Shown in pieces: positions 36,586 to 46,449 of a stretch of DNA of 47,542 bases. The DNA is from Fonticula alba ATCC 38817 (lineage: Eukaryota; Protista; Nucleariida): the NCBI GenBank assembly GCA_000388065.2, contig KB932214.1; one strand, 5' to 3'. Each line of letters opens with the position of its first letter. The first letter of the stretch is position 1. The notes under the pieces were generated by a model. That model was given only the letters and a program-made list of their open reading frames with translations. It made no database searches and had not been told where the DNA came from. The position numbers and the translations under genes are program-made.

Positions 36586-37512
36586 TGTGTCTGCTGGGGA
36601 AAGAGAGCGAGTGGGCGAGAGCCTCGCGGGTGTTTGGTGTTTCGCCGCCGGCGCGGTGCGCTGGCCTAGAGGGAGACCCGGGCCCTGTACTTCGCGACAA
36701 TTGAGAAAGGCTCCTCGCTGCTGTGTGTGTCTTCCTGTGTATGTGTGTGTGTGTGCGCGCGCGATCTGAGCTTGCATGCCGGGTGGGGAGGGGGGGCGGG
36801 GGGGGGGCTGTTCGTCAGACACAATGGTGCCTTCAGGACGCCATCGGTCCGGGAGCCGTTGCTGACAGGCGGGTGCCGGCGACGGGGGCCGAGCGTGCAG
36901 TGCGCCTACCTGGCGGTGAGGTGCACACAAGAGTGGCTGGTCCTCCGGGCATCCGGGGATGGAGGGAGGGGGTGCATGAAAGTGCCTCGTCCCCGGGGAG
37001 GGAGGAGGGGTCTAGACGCGTGGCGGCACGGCCTTCGGGGCCAATCGAGCAGGCAGCCGGCTCCCGAGCGCCGGGGGGGCTCGGGCGGCGGTGCCGTGTG
37101 TTTGGATTCGCACGTGCGTTGGCATCTCGAGGCACACGCCTGTGCATGGGGGTGAGATTTCCGGCCCATGCCATGCCAGGAGGGCGGGGCTGGGGGCGGC
37201 TCTCCGCGGCCCGGGGCCTCCTGGCATGGGGGGGCCGCGCCTTGCCCGGGGAAGGGGAACGGCCGGGGGATGGGGCCCGACCACGCGTTGAAAGGCACGT
37301 CCCACTTCCAGGATGGAAGCTGACATGCTGGCCATGCTAGATCGACTACTCGCTTCCCCTCCTCGCTCTTCGTCGCTCGCCCCCCCCCCCCCCCTTCCAA
37401 CATCATATCCCTTCTGTGATTTTTTTCTCTCTCATCCCCCCCCCTCCTGGCCGGCGTCACACAGGCAGCCTCGTGTGACACTGGGACCACCTCCTCGGTG
37501 AAGCTGCTCCTG

Positions 37513-39567
37513 ATGCTCTTCGGCTTCAGGGCTGTCTTTTGTCGCACCATCGGGCTTTCGGTCAGATGGCAAGCAGCTGCTCGGTCGCTGCCGGGTTTCG
37601 TGCCGCGGAAGGCCGGCTCCCCATGGGCGCCTGCGGGCTGGAGTCGGCCGGCCGGGGCCGGTTGCCCTGTGCGCGAGGCATCCTCCACGGCGGTCGGGGC
37701 CCGAGACACGGGTGGAGATGACCGCCCATGTCCCGCCGGCGTTCATGGTGGGGACACCTATGTGGCCCTTTCGCCGGTGGTCGACCGTCGGCCGGCTGGA
37801 TGCGCGGGGACGCGCCTGTGCCGGGACATCGAGGCCGGGCTGGCCACCATGCCGCGGGCATTCCAGGATGTTGAGGACTTTCGCCTCTTCCTGCGTCTTG
37901 CCGGGGTCCGGAATGTCTATCTGTCGACGACCAGCGAGGCATCCATCGGCCGACTGGTCGGGCTGGATGTCACCACCACGCGACACCTGTTGGACCGGTA
38001 TGGCAAGGACTATGGCATTATGCCGGGATCCTGTGCCTGGGAGGGAGATGTGATGCCGGAGCATGCGACCTTTAAGGATGCCATGTGCCTGGCTCGGCGG
38101 GACCCGCCGATATCGCGTCAGCTCCTCGCGCGACTGACAGGCATGTCCACTGCCCAGACGAGGAGGGTCCTGGAGCATCATTTGTCGAGGGAGGAGCTGG
38201 CAAGGTTCCACCAGCACAGGGTGTGCCTCGGGCGCTTGGGGAAACTCCTGACCGTGGTTCCTGCCCAGCCGCTGGCAATCATGGCCGAGCTGCTGTCATG
38301 CACCCCGGGGGAGGTGCGAGCCGCCCTGGCGGAGCACTTCCCATGGTTCGAGTTTGACGATCGGGAAAGGATGAACCTGAAAAGCATCTGCCTGATTCGC
38401 CATGCGCTCGACACCGCGATGCTCGCGCCATTCTCGACCACTCCGCTGGTGGAAGACATGGCCAAGAAGACGGGCGTGACGCAGCGGAAAATCCACCAAC
38501 ATGGCCCGGGGCTGTGTCCGAAGTATATCATCGCCCTGAATGGGCCCCTGTCATCCGGGCACTTGGCCCTGCTGCGCTCGGAAATGGCCTCGGGCGAGCT
38601 GACCCTGAGCAAGGCGGCCGGGATGCTGAATCTGCCCATTTGGATGACGCACTGGTACATCAGGTACTACTTCCGGAATGCCCACATTCCGAGATCGGCG
38701 AGCCAGCCGATGACGCCGGCCTCGCCGAGCCAGGCCAGTCCCAGCCTCACCCTGGTGGAGTATTTGGATAGAACCCTGCCCGGTCCGAGCGTGTGGCTGG
38801 AGACGCAACAGGCCCTGCATTTGGGGGAGCAACCATCCGCGGGTCATTCGCTGGAGCAGCTGCTTGTCGAGGAGCTGCTGGGCGTCCTTGCGCTGAGGCC
38901 GCCACTGTCGAAGCCGGAGATGGCCATGCAGCTGGGGCGACCCCGGAGGGAGCTCCGAGCCGACTTTCCGGCAATGCGGGCAAAGGGGCTGTGGCAGAAC
39001 TGCCGCCTGGATCTGGAGTTGCCGGTGGAGGACATTTTGCACCTTCGGAGCCTCGGGGAGCAGGTGCACCCGGCCGGCGGGCGCATGCGCTTCACGGTGC
39101 GCGAGATTGCACGGCGGCTGGGTCGCCATCCGGACTTGGTGTTCTCGATGCTTCACCGGTATTGCCCGGAGTACTTCTTCCTTGCCCTGCCACCGGGGTC
39201 GGGCTCTGGCCCGGGGGGGATGTATGTGCCGGAGGGCAAGCTTAATGCCCTGCTGGTGGCGGTGTCAAACCGGTATCCCCCGCCGCTGCTGCACCAGGTG
39301 GCCGTGGATTTGGGCTGCACCCTGCCGCAGGTGATAAATTCCATCCGGAGGCAGAATGTCCATGCGGATGCTCGGCTGGAGGCGCCGCTTTATGCGCGGC
39401 ATCCGGCTGGACGCTATTTCGAGGTGGCCACCATCGCGGCCACATGCCACTCTCCGCTGAGGCATGCGGCCAGCCTGGTGCTGGGGTCTTCGACTTCGAC
39501 GATCAAGGCACTTGATTTTTTCCTGGAGAATAGACAATACTCGCCGCCCGGTGGTGCCTCCACATGA
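37513..39567 (+). CDS. Uncharacterised intronless protein with ~8-9 tandem HTH-like repeats and a mitochondrial-presequence-like N-terminus (family copy B), 684 aa
   Basis: First in-frame ATG is at 37513 (the ORF track starts at GTG 37498). Shares LCRDIEAG, RDPP and HRYCPEYFFL..GMYVPE.KL..LHQVAVDL.C.LPQVINS with copy A. Confidence 0.8.
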   Translation: MLFGFRAVFCRTIGLSVRWQAAARSLPGFVPRKAGSPWAPAGWSRPAGAGCPVREASSTAVGARDTGGDDRPCPAGVHGGDTYVALSPVVDRRPAGCAGTRLCRDIEAGLATMPRAFQDVEDFRLFLRLAGVRNVYLSTTSEASIGRLVGLDVTTTRHLLDRYGKDYGIMPGSCAWEGDVMPEHATFKDAMCLARRDPPISRQLLARLTGMSTAQTRRVLEHHLSREELARFHQHRVCLGRLGKLLTVVPAQPLAIMAELLSCTPGEVRAALAEHFPWFEFDDRERMNLKSICLIRHALDTAMLAPFSTTPLVEDMAKKTGVTQRKIHQHGPGLCPKYIIALNGPLSSGHLALLRSEMASGELTLSKAAGMLNLPIWMTHWYIRYYFRNAHIPRSASQPMTPASPSQASPSLTLVEYLDRTLPGPSVWLETQQALHLGEQPSAGHSLEQLLVEELLGVLALRPPLSKPEMAMQLGRPRRELRADFPAMRAKGLWQNCRLDLELPVEDILHLRSLGEQVHPAGGRMRFTVREIARRLGRHPDLVFSMLHRYCPEYFFLALPPGSGSGPGGMYVPEGKLNALLVAVSNRYPPPLLHQVAVDLGCTLPQVINSIRRQNVHADARLEAPLYARHPAGRYFEVATIAATCHSPLRHAASLVLGSSTSTIKALDFFLENRQYSPPGGAST

Positions 39568-39648
39568 GGAACGGGCGTGTATCTCCTTGTCTTGGATCCA
39601 TGTGGGTGCATGAGTGTGGGGTGTCTCCGCGCGGGGTGCGCGGGGGGT

Positions 39649-39687
<39 letters not shown>
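39649..39687 (+). repeat. 39-nt poly-G run
   Basis: Read directly, ~80 nt downstream of copy B. Confidence 0.85.
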
Positions 39688-39688
<1 letters not shown>

Positions 39689-40219
39689 ACCGGACAGGGG
39701 TGGCGAGGGTCGAGGGCATGTCCGGGGAGTTGTCATGGCCGTCGTGGCGGATAGGGCATAGCACGCAAACCAGGGGGCAGGGCAACGCGGCACGCGGGAG
39801 GCACGGCCGAATCGGGGGGCGGGAGTGGCTCCTGGGGAGATGGCCGCCCGGCGGGGGGTGGGGGGGGCTTGAGGCGTGGCTTCGTCGCGAGCATGGGAAC
39901 TGAAGGCGAGGGCAGGGGAAGGTCCCCTCCCGGGTACATCTCCCCGGTCCCGGGGGTGGGGGAGGGGCGAGCAGCAAGTCGATTGCCTTGCAATGGACCG
40001 CCGCTCCCTCGGATGGCTGAGCCCTCGGCCCCTCGCGGTGCCGTCCGACATCGACCCAGTGCTTGGCCATGGATGCGTCTTCCTTTCGTGACACCGGCAC
40101 CCTGGCTCCGGCTATTTGCGGAAGGACCCGGATTCGCACCTCTCGCCCATGGGGTTTTTTTCGTGTCATTTGTGCCTCTCCCTCGCGGGAAAGGAGACCC
40201 CATTGTGGCCACGGATCGG

Positions 40220-41990
40220 GACACAGGCGCCGAGATTGCCCGCTGACTGTGAGAAGGCGGCTGCGGCCTGCTGCGGCGCTGGGGGGTAGTGCGGTTCCCC
40301 TGTGCCTGCCGCTGATTGCTTCGGGTGGGACATCACTCCCGCTACGATGCTGAGCCGCGGCCGGGGAGAGGCAGGCTCTGGTGCGACAGTGGGCGAACGG
40401 GGGGGGGGGGGGCTGCGTGGGTTGTAGAGGGCCTCGGTCGGGACGAGGCAGCCGACGACGGCCCCTAGCCGGGGAGATTCATCTTGGTGCTGGCCACCGG
40501 CGAATGATGCTGTGTCCAGCCGGGAGGGGGCGGAGGAAGGAGCGGGCGGGAAGGGTCACCCAGGTAGTCGGGCACCATTGGTCGGCGCCCGGAAATGGGC
40601 CAGGACGTCGGCGAAGGGGCTGTCGCGGGGAGAGGCAGGGGAGATGGCCGGTGCCCGGGCGATGGGGCAGCTCCGCATGTCTTGCGCCAGGGTGCTCCCC
40701 CGAGCATCCGGCGGTCGAGGACTCGGTGACACAGCCCGGGCGAGATCCCCCCACACGAGGGTGCGCCTTTCCCTGGCTGGCGCGTCTCACGTCGGGGCAA
40801 GTGTCATTTCCATTGAAAGAGCACCTCCTCGAGGCGGGGGTGCCCATTGCCAGACAGCGTCCAAGATGGGCCCGGCCGGGGGCGACACACGCCGGTGTCG
40901 TGGGCGTCCACCTACCGAGGGCGGGATGAGACATCCATTCGACTGTCGGCGGCTTTGGTGCCAGATGAGGGGGACAAAAAATGTGCCCGCCCACGGGTGT
41001 GTCCTTTGGTGTCCTGGATGCCAGTCGCAAAGCAGAAGAGGCTACGGGCCATGTTGGCCGACTGGACACGCGTAGTGACACCACGGCCCGGGGAGGCGTG
41101 TGCCCGGGCCGGAGGCATGCCTGGCAATCCACCCAAAGCCAACAGCTCGATGTGGAGGACATCGCCCAAATCCGTTGGGCGAGCTGCCGCGGGAACAGGT
41201 GGGCTGATTGTGCACTCGGTGGCAAGGGCGTTGCCTAGACGTGGGCAACATGGCCCGGCGTGCGGGATGGCGGAGAGCATGACCCGGGTGGCACACCATG
41301 TGGGTGCCACGAGCCGGGATGGCTGCTGCTCTTGAGAAAGCCGGCACCGGCGCGGCGGCTGGATCCGCCCAAGCGTGTCGGGCGAGTGACGTTGGGCAAG
41401 TGCACCGGGCGCTTCTGGTTGGCGGAGTCGCTGGAACAGGGGCAGCCCAAGGGTGAGGGATGGGGGCGCGATCGAACACCGGAGCGCCTGGCGATCGCCG
41501 GTGCGCGCCCGATTGACCTGGCGCAACACGACTCTGGGACGGGGGTCGGCCCGTGGCTTTGGGGGCCGGCCTTTGGCCAGGGTCCGGAGGGCCAGTGACA
41601 GCGTCGGGCCGGCCGATACCGGCGATCGCTGAGGCGGGCCGCTGTCTCTCCCGATGGCGAGATTCTCCTCTGGCGGTGCCGGGGCAGGCAGGTGGTCCTA
41701 AGCGGTCGAGGGCGTGCGGCCCACGGCGGGGGGAGATAATTGGCGATGTGGGCTGGCGTCCGGGCGTTCACGCTGCCATGCTGCAGGGGCATTGCCTGGG
41801 GTGCCTCCCTCGGACCCTGGAGGCGGGGCTCGGCGACAGGAGGAAGGAGGTGTCGGCGGACCAGCCCGGGTGCGCGGCCGAGGGCGGCGGATGGCCGGGC
41901 GAGGCTGTGTTGTGTCGACGCGCATGTGCGCCTTGGTGCGAGTGGCGCAGCCCAATGTATCGGGCGTTGCACGCTGCTTTGGCGATTCGA
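40220..41990 (+). pseudogene. Decayed third copy (C) of the HTH-repeat family
   Basis: Collinear remnants in shifting frames: PEH..D..RDPP..LARLT (40699-40791), KRLRAMLA (41036-41059), LR/PLSLPMA with a +1 shift (41629-41659), EIIGDVGWRPGVHAAMLQGHC (41733-41795), PNVSGVARCFGDS (41951-41989). Boundaries approximate. Confidence 0.65.
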
Positions 41991-42560
41991 ACAGGAGCAG
42001 CTCCCGGCCACGAGGTGTGGCATCTCAGGAAGCGGAGTCAGCAGGCTGTTTGGCTGTGAAAATGGCCCCCTCCCCGGACGATGTCGAGCGAGGCTGCTCC
42101 GGGGGATGGGCGAAAATCCGCTAAATCCAGGGGAGAGCACAAGTTTCCACATGGCGGGGGGGGGTGCATCTTCGGCCGATCGTTTCTCCAAGCAAGGGTC
42201 ACACAAGGCGAGACCGGGCGGCTGGCAGGAAGGAGGAGAAGGGGGGACATGGAGTAAGCGGGCCCACGTCGATGGTACTGTCGCAAAGGAAGAACGGCCA
42301 CCATTTATTGAGTGTGGTGGCAAAAAGCACATGCCAATGTAGATGCCCTGGCTGCTCGATTTTCGATGTACTTCCTCGCGAGTGGGGGGCAAGGGAGAAA
42401 GGGGGTGTTTAAATGTTCATAAACATACACGGATGTTTTCTGTTTTTCGGGGAGTTTGGTGCGCGGCAACTGCGTGTACTTGGTCCACCCCGCTCCGTTT
42501 GTCCCCCCCCCCCCGGCCGAGGCGCATGAATGTTTTCCCGATCCACGCGGTCCCTGCCTG

Positions 42561-42835
42561 TCCTCTTCTTTTTTTTCTTCTTTCTCCCCCTCTCTTCTTC
42601 TTTTCTCTTCTTTCTCCCCCTCTCTTCTTCTTTTCTCTTCTTTCTCCCCCTCTCCTCTTTTTGATCCTTCTCCCTCCCTCTCTCTCTCCCTCTTTTTTAT
42701 CCTTCTCCCTCTCTCTCTCTCTCCCTCTCTCCCTCTCTCCCTCTCTCCCTCTTTTTGATCCTTCTCCCTCTCCTCCCCCTACCCTCTCCCCTCCCTCTCC
42801 CTTCTTTTCCTCGTCCCTCCCCCCTATCAAGCCTC
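42561..42835. repeat. Polypyrimidine/polypurine tract with a 30-nt unit repeated about 3 times
   Basis: TTTCTCCCCCTCTCTTCTTCTTTTCTCTTC repeats from 42581, followed by (CT)n and (CTCC)n. Confidence 0.85.
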
Positions 42836-44229
42836 TGTCCTGTTCGCAAGAGGGTGTGACATGGACTTTGGACTTGCCCCCCCCCCTCTCGCACTCGCAC
42901 CCCGGCATGTGTGTGGTGCTCCTTTTAGGCGCTGGTCCCCCCTCGTCCGAGCCCTTCTGTTTGCCTGCTCCCTCGGTGCGCGCCTTTGCGCCTCAGGGAG
43001 CTGCCTATGACTCGGCAGGAGCACAGGGTCCCTGCGTAGGGGAGGCCCTCCGATACCCTTTCTACGCCTCTCTCTCTCTTCCACTCTAGGTGCGCATGGT
43101 GCTGCTGGCCCGGCGAGGGGCGGATGCGGGAGGCTCGATGGCGCTCTTGGAGGGTGCCGCCCTCCCTCGCCGAGCAACTCGAAGCACGCCATCACAAGGC
43201 CTGGCTCCTTTCCTTCTGGCCCTTAACCGGCGCATCTGGACATGCGCTTAGGCGCGCGCATGCCCCTCTCTCCCTGTTGTGTCCGCCCCCCACAGGGCCC
43301 TTTTCTCTGCTGCGCCCCTCTTTGGGGCCGCCCTCCGGTGGCTGACTTTCATGCCCGTGTGCCCGCCGCCACCGAGCCACGTGGCATCCATCCAGCACTG
43401 GGGGGGGGTGTAGCGCGAGCCCCTTTCTCCTCCCTCTCCTCTTTCGTGTCGCCTGCATCCACCCACCGTTTCTGGCCCTTGGCAGCTTGCTCAGTGCCGT
43501 GCGGGCGCGCATGCGCACCGCTTCCTGGCGCGCCCTTGCGCCAGGGCTTCCGTCAGTCACTCGATCTGTCGCCTTCTGTGCATGGCCGCCCTGCCTCGTG
43601 GCGGAACGTGCTACTATTCTGGCCGAGGGGACGGTCAGTGCGCGGGGCTTAAAGTCCCCTCGCTCCCCCCTCCATGCGGAGCGCGCGATGTCGGCGCGGC
43701 GAGCGGCAGGCCTGTCGTCTGTCTGGCGGCCCCCCTCGTGGCATGCCTGTCTGTCGGCCGAATCCCTGGCCAACCCGTGCGGAGGGTCTTTCTCGAGGAA
43801 TGCCGGGAAACACCCTTTCTCAAAGCCCCGAGATAATCCGCGCTGGCTGCGAAGGGTGGCGGGAAAGGGCGTGCCAGCAGCCCTGGCAGCCGGAGGGTAG
43901 GGGGGTGACGCCAGTGGAAGAGGCGGGGCACCGGCAGGGGGAAGGGGCATGGTTATGGCCTGTGGTCTCTCAGGGTGCATCCCACAGGAGGACAAGGTGT
44001 CTTCAAGGCAATGTGGCGATTGCTCGAGCGCAGGATCATGCACGGGGAGGATACCGGCCACATACATTGAACGCCCCCTTCGGGGACGAGGGACGCCACT
44101 TTGGGCGTCGGGGGCAGTGTCGCTGCCCTGAAACTTCCACGTGGGCACCAGCAGGAGCATTACGGCGGTGGCGGGTCCTTCGTCTGTGTGTTCCAAAGGA
44201 ACAGTGGAAGATGGGAGGGGCACACGAGG

Positions 44230-46240
44230 GCCGGCCTCCGGCGAGGGCGGCCCATGTGCCATGGCCGGGCCGCGAGACATCGAGGAAGCGGGTCACCTCC
44301 GGCGAGATACCTTCGGGGGGAGGTGGGAAGAGCTCGGCTTTAACTGGTGCCATTCAGCCTCCTTGAGCCCCCCCGTCGAACCCTCCTCCGGGACGTTGAG
44401 GCTGGCTCGGAGCGCCCGCTGTTAGGGCAGGCCTTCGGGCGGGCATGCGTCCCCTGAGGACATGAGCGCCCTAACCGGCCGCAAGGCTTTGTCAAGGCCG
44501 GAAGACCTCGCTCATCGCGAGAGAGAGGCTGGTGGTCGATCGCAAAGGGCCGAATCTAGGGAACAGCCGGCGAGCGAAACGACAGGGGCTCCCGGGAGGA
44601 TCCCATCCTCGGACGGGTGGGGCGGGGCGCCCGCGCGGGAGTCTTTATGCACAGTGGCCCACAATCCGCTCATTCACATGTCCATTATGCGAGGTCATCA
44701 TGTATGCGATGGGTTGGAGGGTTGTGTTTTTGAATCACATGCCTGTTCCCGTGGGGGAGGGTGATGGCGTGTTGTCGTGGTTCGCGTCGATCGTCCCACG
44801 GAGCGGGCCTCACAGCGCCCTCATCCTCCCAGCGGGGACCGGCCGCTGGTGGTGCGGATGTCGTCCTGCGCAGGGGAGACACATCTCGGGCCCAAGGGGA
44901 AGCCACAAAAAGTGATATCATTCTGCGTCTCCTTTTCTCCTGCCCTTGTATTCCCTGTTTATGCTTGATCAGTCTGTTGCTGGCTGGTTTTGGTGCCCTC
45001 GGCCGGAGCCCGTCTCCTGGGGGCAGAGAGCTGGCCATGGGGAGCATGGTATCCCCAGCCGGGAGGAGGGCCGCGAGGAGGGGGGGGCTGTCGCGGCTCT
45101 GCTTGGCCCTCTTGCACGCCCACGATCAAGGGCAGGCCAGCAACCGGCTATTACTTTCCTTCGCTATGGTAGGAGCGGCCCGATGCGGGAGCGGCTGTGG
45201 TAAATGCATCGACACCAGCAGTCCCCACGACAAAGAAGGCAGAGGAATGTGCATCTGTCGCGTCGGTCGAAGATTAACGTTCATAGCCATGCATCCCGCA
45301 GTTCGGTAGAGATGGTGCAGTGCCGCAGACAGACCGGCAATGGGCGGGCCGAAAGGTCATCCACCGGGGATGTGGGATGGACCGGCTGGTGATCGAGAGT
45401 ATGAGAGTCCGCCGCAGCCGGGAGGCTGGGTCTTCCGCCGTGGGATCGGTCTGTGGCATGGCTGGCGTTGGGCCTGGGCACTCGGTGGCCGGGGGTCCTG
45501 TCGGGATTATCCCCGAGAGGCGCGCCGGTGCAGGGGAGTGAAGATCGCCGTCCGGTGTTCCGGCCGCTGGTTCGATGGCAATCCTCGCTGCAGGGGCATC
45601 GGCTGAGAAGAAGATGGCCGCCCTCTTGGTACATCGGCCGGGGGCGGGTGTATTCATCATCCACGAGGTCTGGAACTGTCGGATACCCCTCCGCCGAAGG
45701 ACACCATGGCGATGGCCCACTCATCTGGTCGACAATGACCGGCACATGGGGCGGACAAGACCTGCCGGGGGGTATGCGGACATCGGGGCACCGTCGGGTC
45801 AGACGGGCCGGCGCTGCCATGCTGTCAGATGCATGAGCATGCGGAAGTGACTCTGGATGGGGGCGTTGTCCGCGAGCCGAACCTCCGCGCCGAGGACAAG
45901 ACCCGCTGGTGGGGCGGAGCTGGCCAGAGGAAAAGGTGGTGCGGGTGCTGGGCCTGCGCACCGGGCCGTCGGACAAGCTTCCTCGGTGCCTGAACCAAGC
46001 ACGGCGAGTTGGCTGTGATGGAACGGCCATGGGCATCGGATCCCCGAACGACGGCCTGCCTCACCAGGGGTACTTTGTCGGGCTGGAGTTGGGCGGTAGA
46101 TGTGGCAGTCTCTCCCAAATGGGATCCCCTGGAATGGGAGGGCTCTGGGTGCCGAAGGGCTGGTCTGCCTGCATATCTTGCTGTGTGAGCGTACATTCGC
46201 CCAGCAAAGATGGTGCCCTCGCTAGCTGGTACAAGGGTCC
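44230..46240 (-). pseudogene. Decayed, inverted fourth copy (D) of the HTH-repeat family
   Basis: Collinear remnants: LYQLARAPSLLGE..LTQQDMQA (46234-46160), ARLT, PTVPDLVDDEYTRPRPMYQEGGHL (~45682-45610), GLP*QRALRASLNVPEE (stop at 44422-44424), HQLKPSSSHLPPKV. Boundaries approximate. Confidence 0.6.
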
Positions 46241-46396
46241 AGTGCGAGGACGAATCTGCGAGCAGGGGGGGGGGGGGGGGCAGCGGAGGACGTCATTGCG
46301 TCGTGGAGGGGGGGGGGTTGCCTTCTGGGGGGCGGGGGCGGGGGGGGGGGGGGGGGGGAGGGGGGCGCGCGGGGTGGGGGGGGGGGGGGGGGGCGG

Positions 46397-46449
46397 NNNN
46401 NNNNNNNNNNNNNNNNNNNNNNNNNNNNNNNNNNNNNNNNNNNNNNNNN
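46397..46449. other. Assembly gap (N run)
   Basis: 53 N, with G runs on both sides. Confidence 0.99.

Noticed and set aside
39649-39687. Long G runs (also at 9428-9448 and 46340-46396) as functional G-quadruplex elements
   Set aside because: G and C runs are ubiquitous in this window and their lengths are unreliable next to assembly gaps.
43700-43900. LSRGFEKGCFPAFLEKDPPHGLAR on the minus strand as a fifth HTH-family copy
   Set aside because: The landmarks are adjacent here but ~60 aa apart in intact copies, and there are no other collinear matches.
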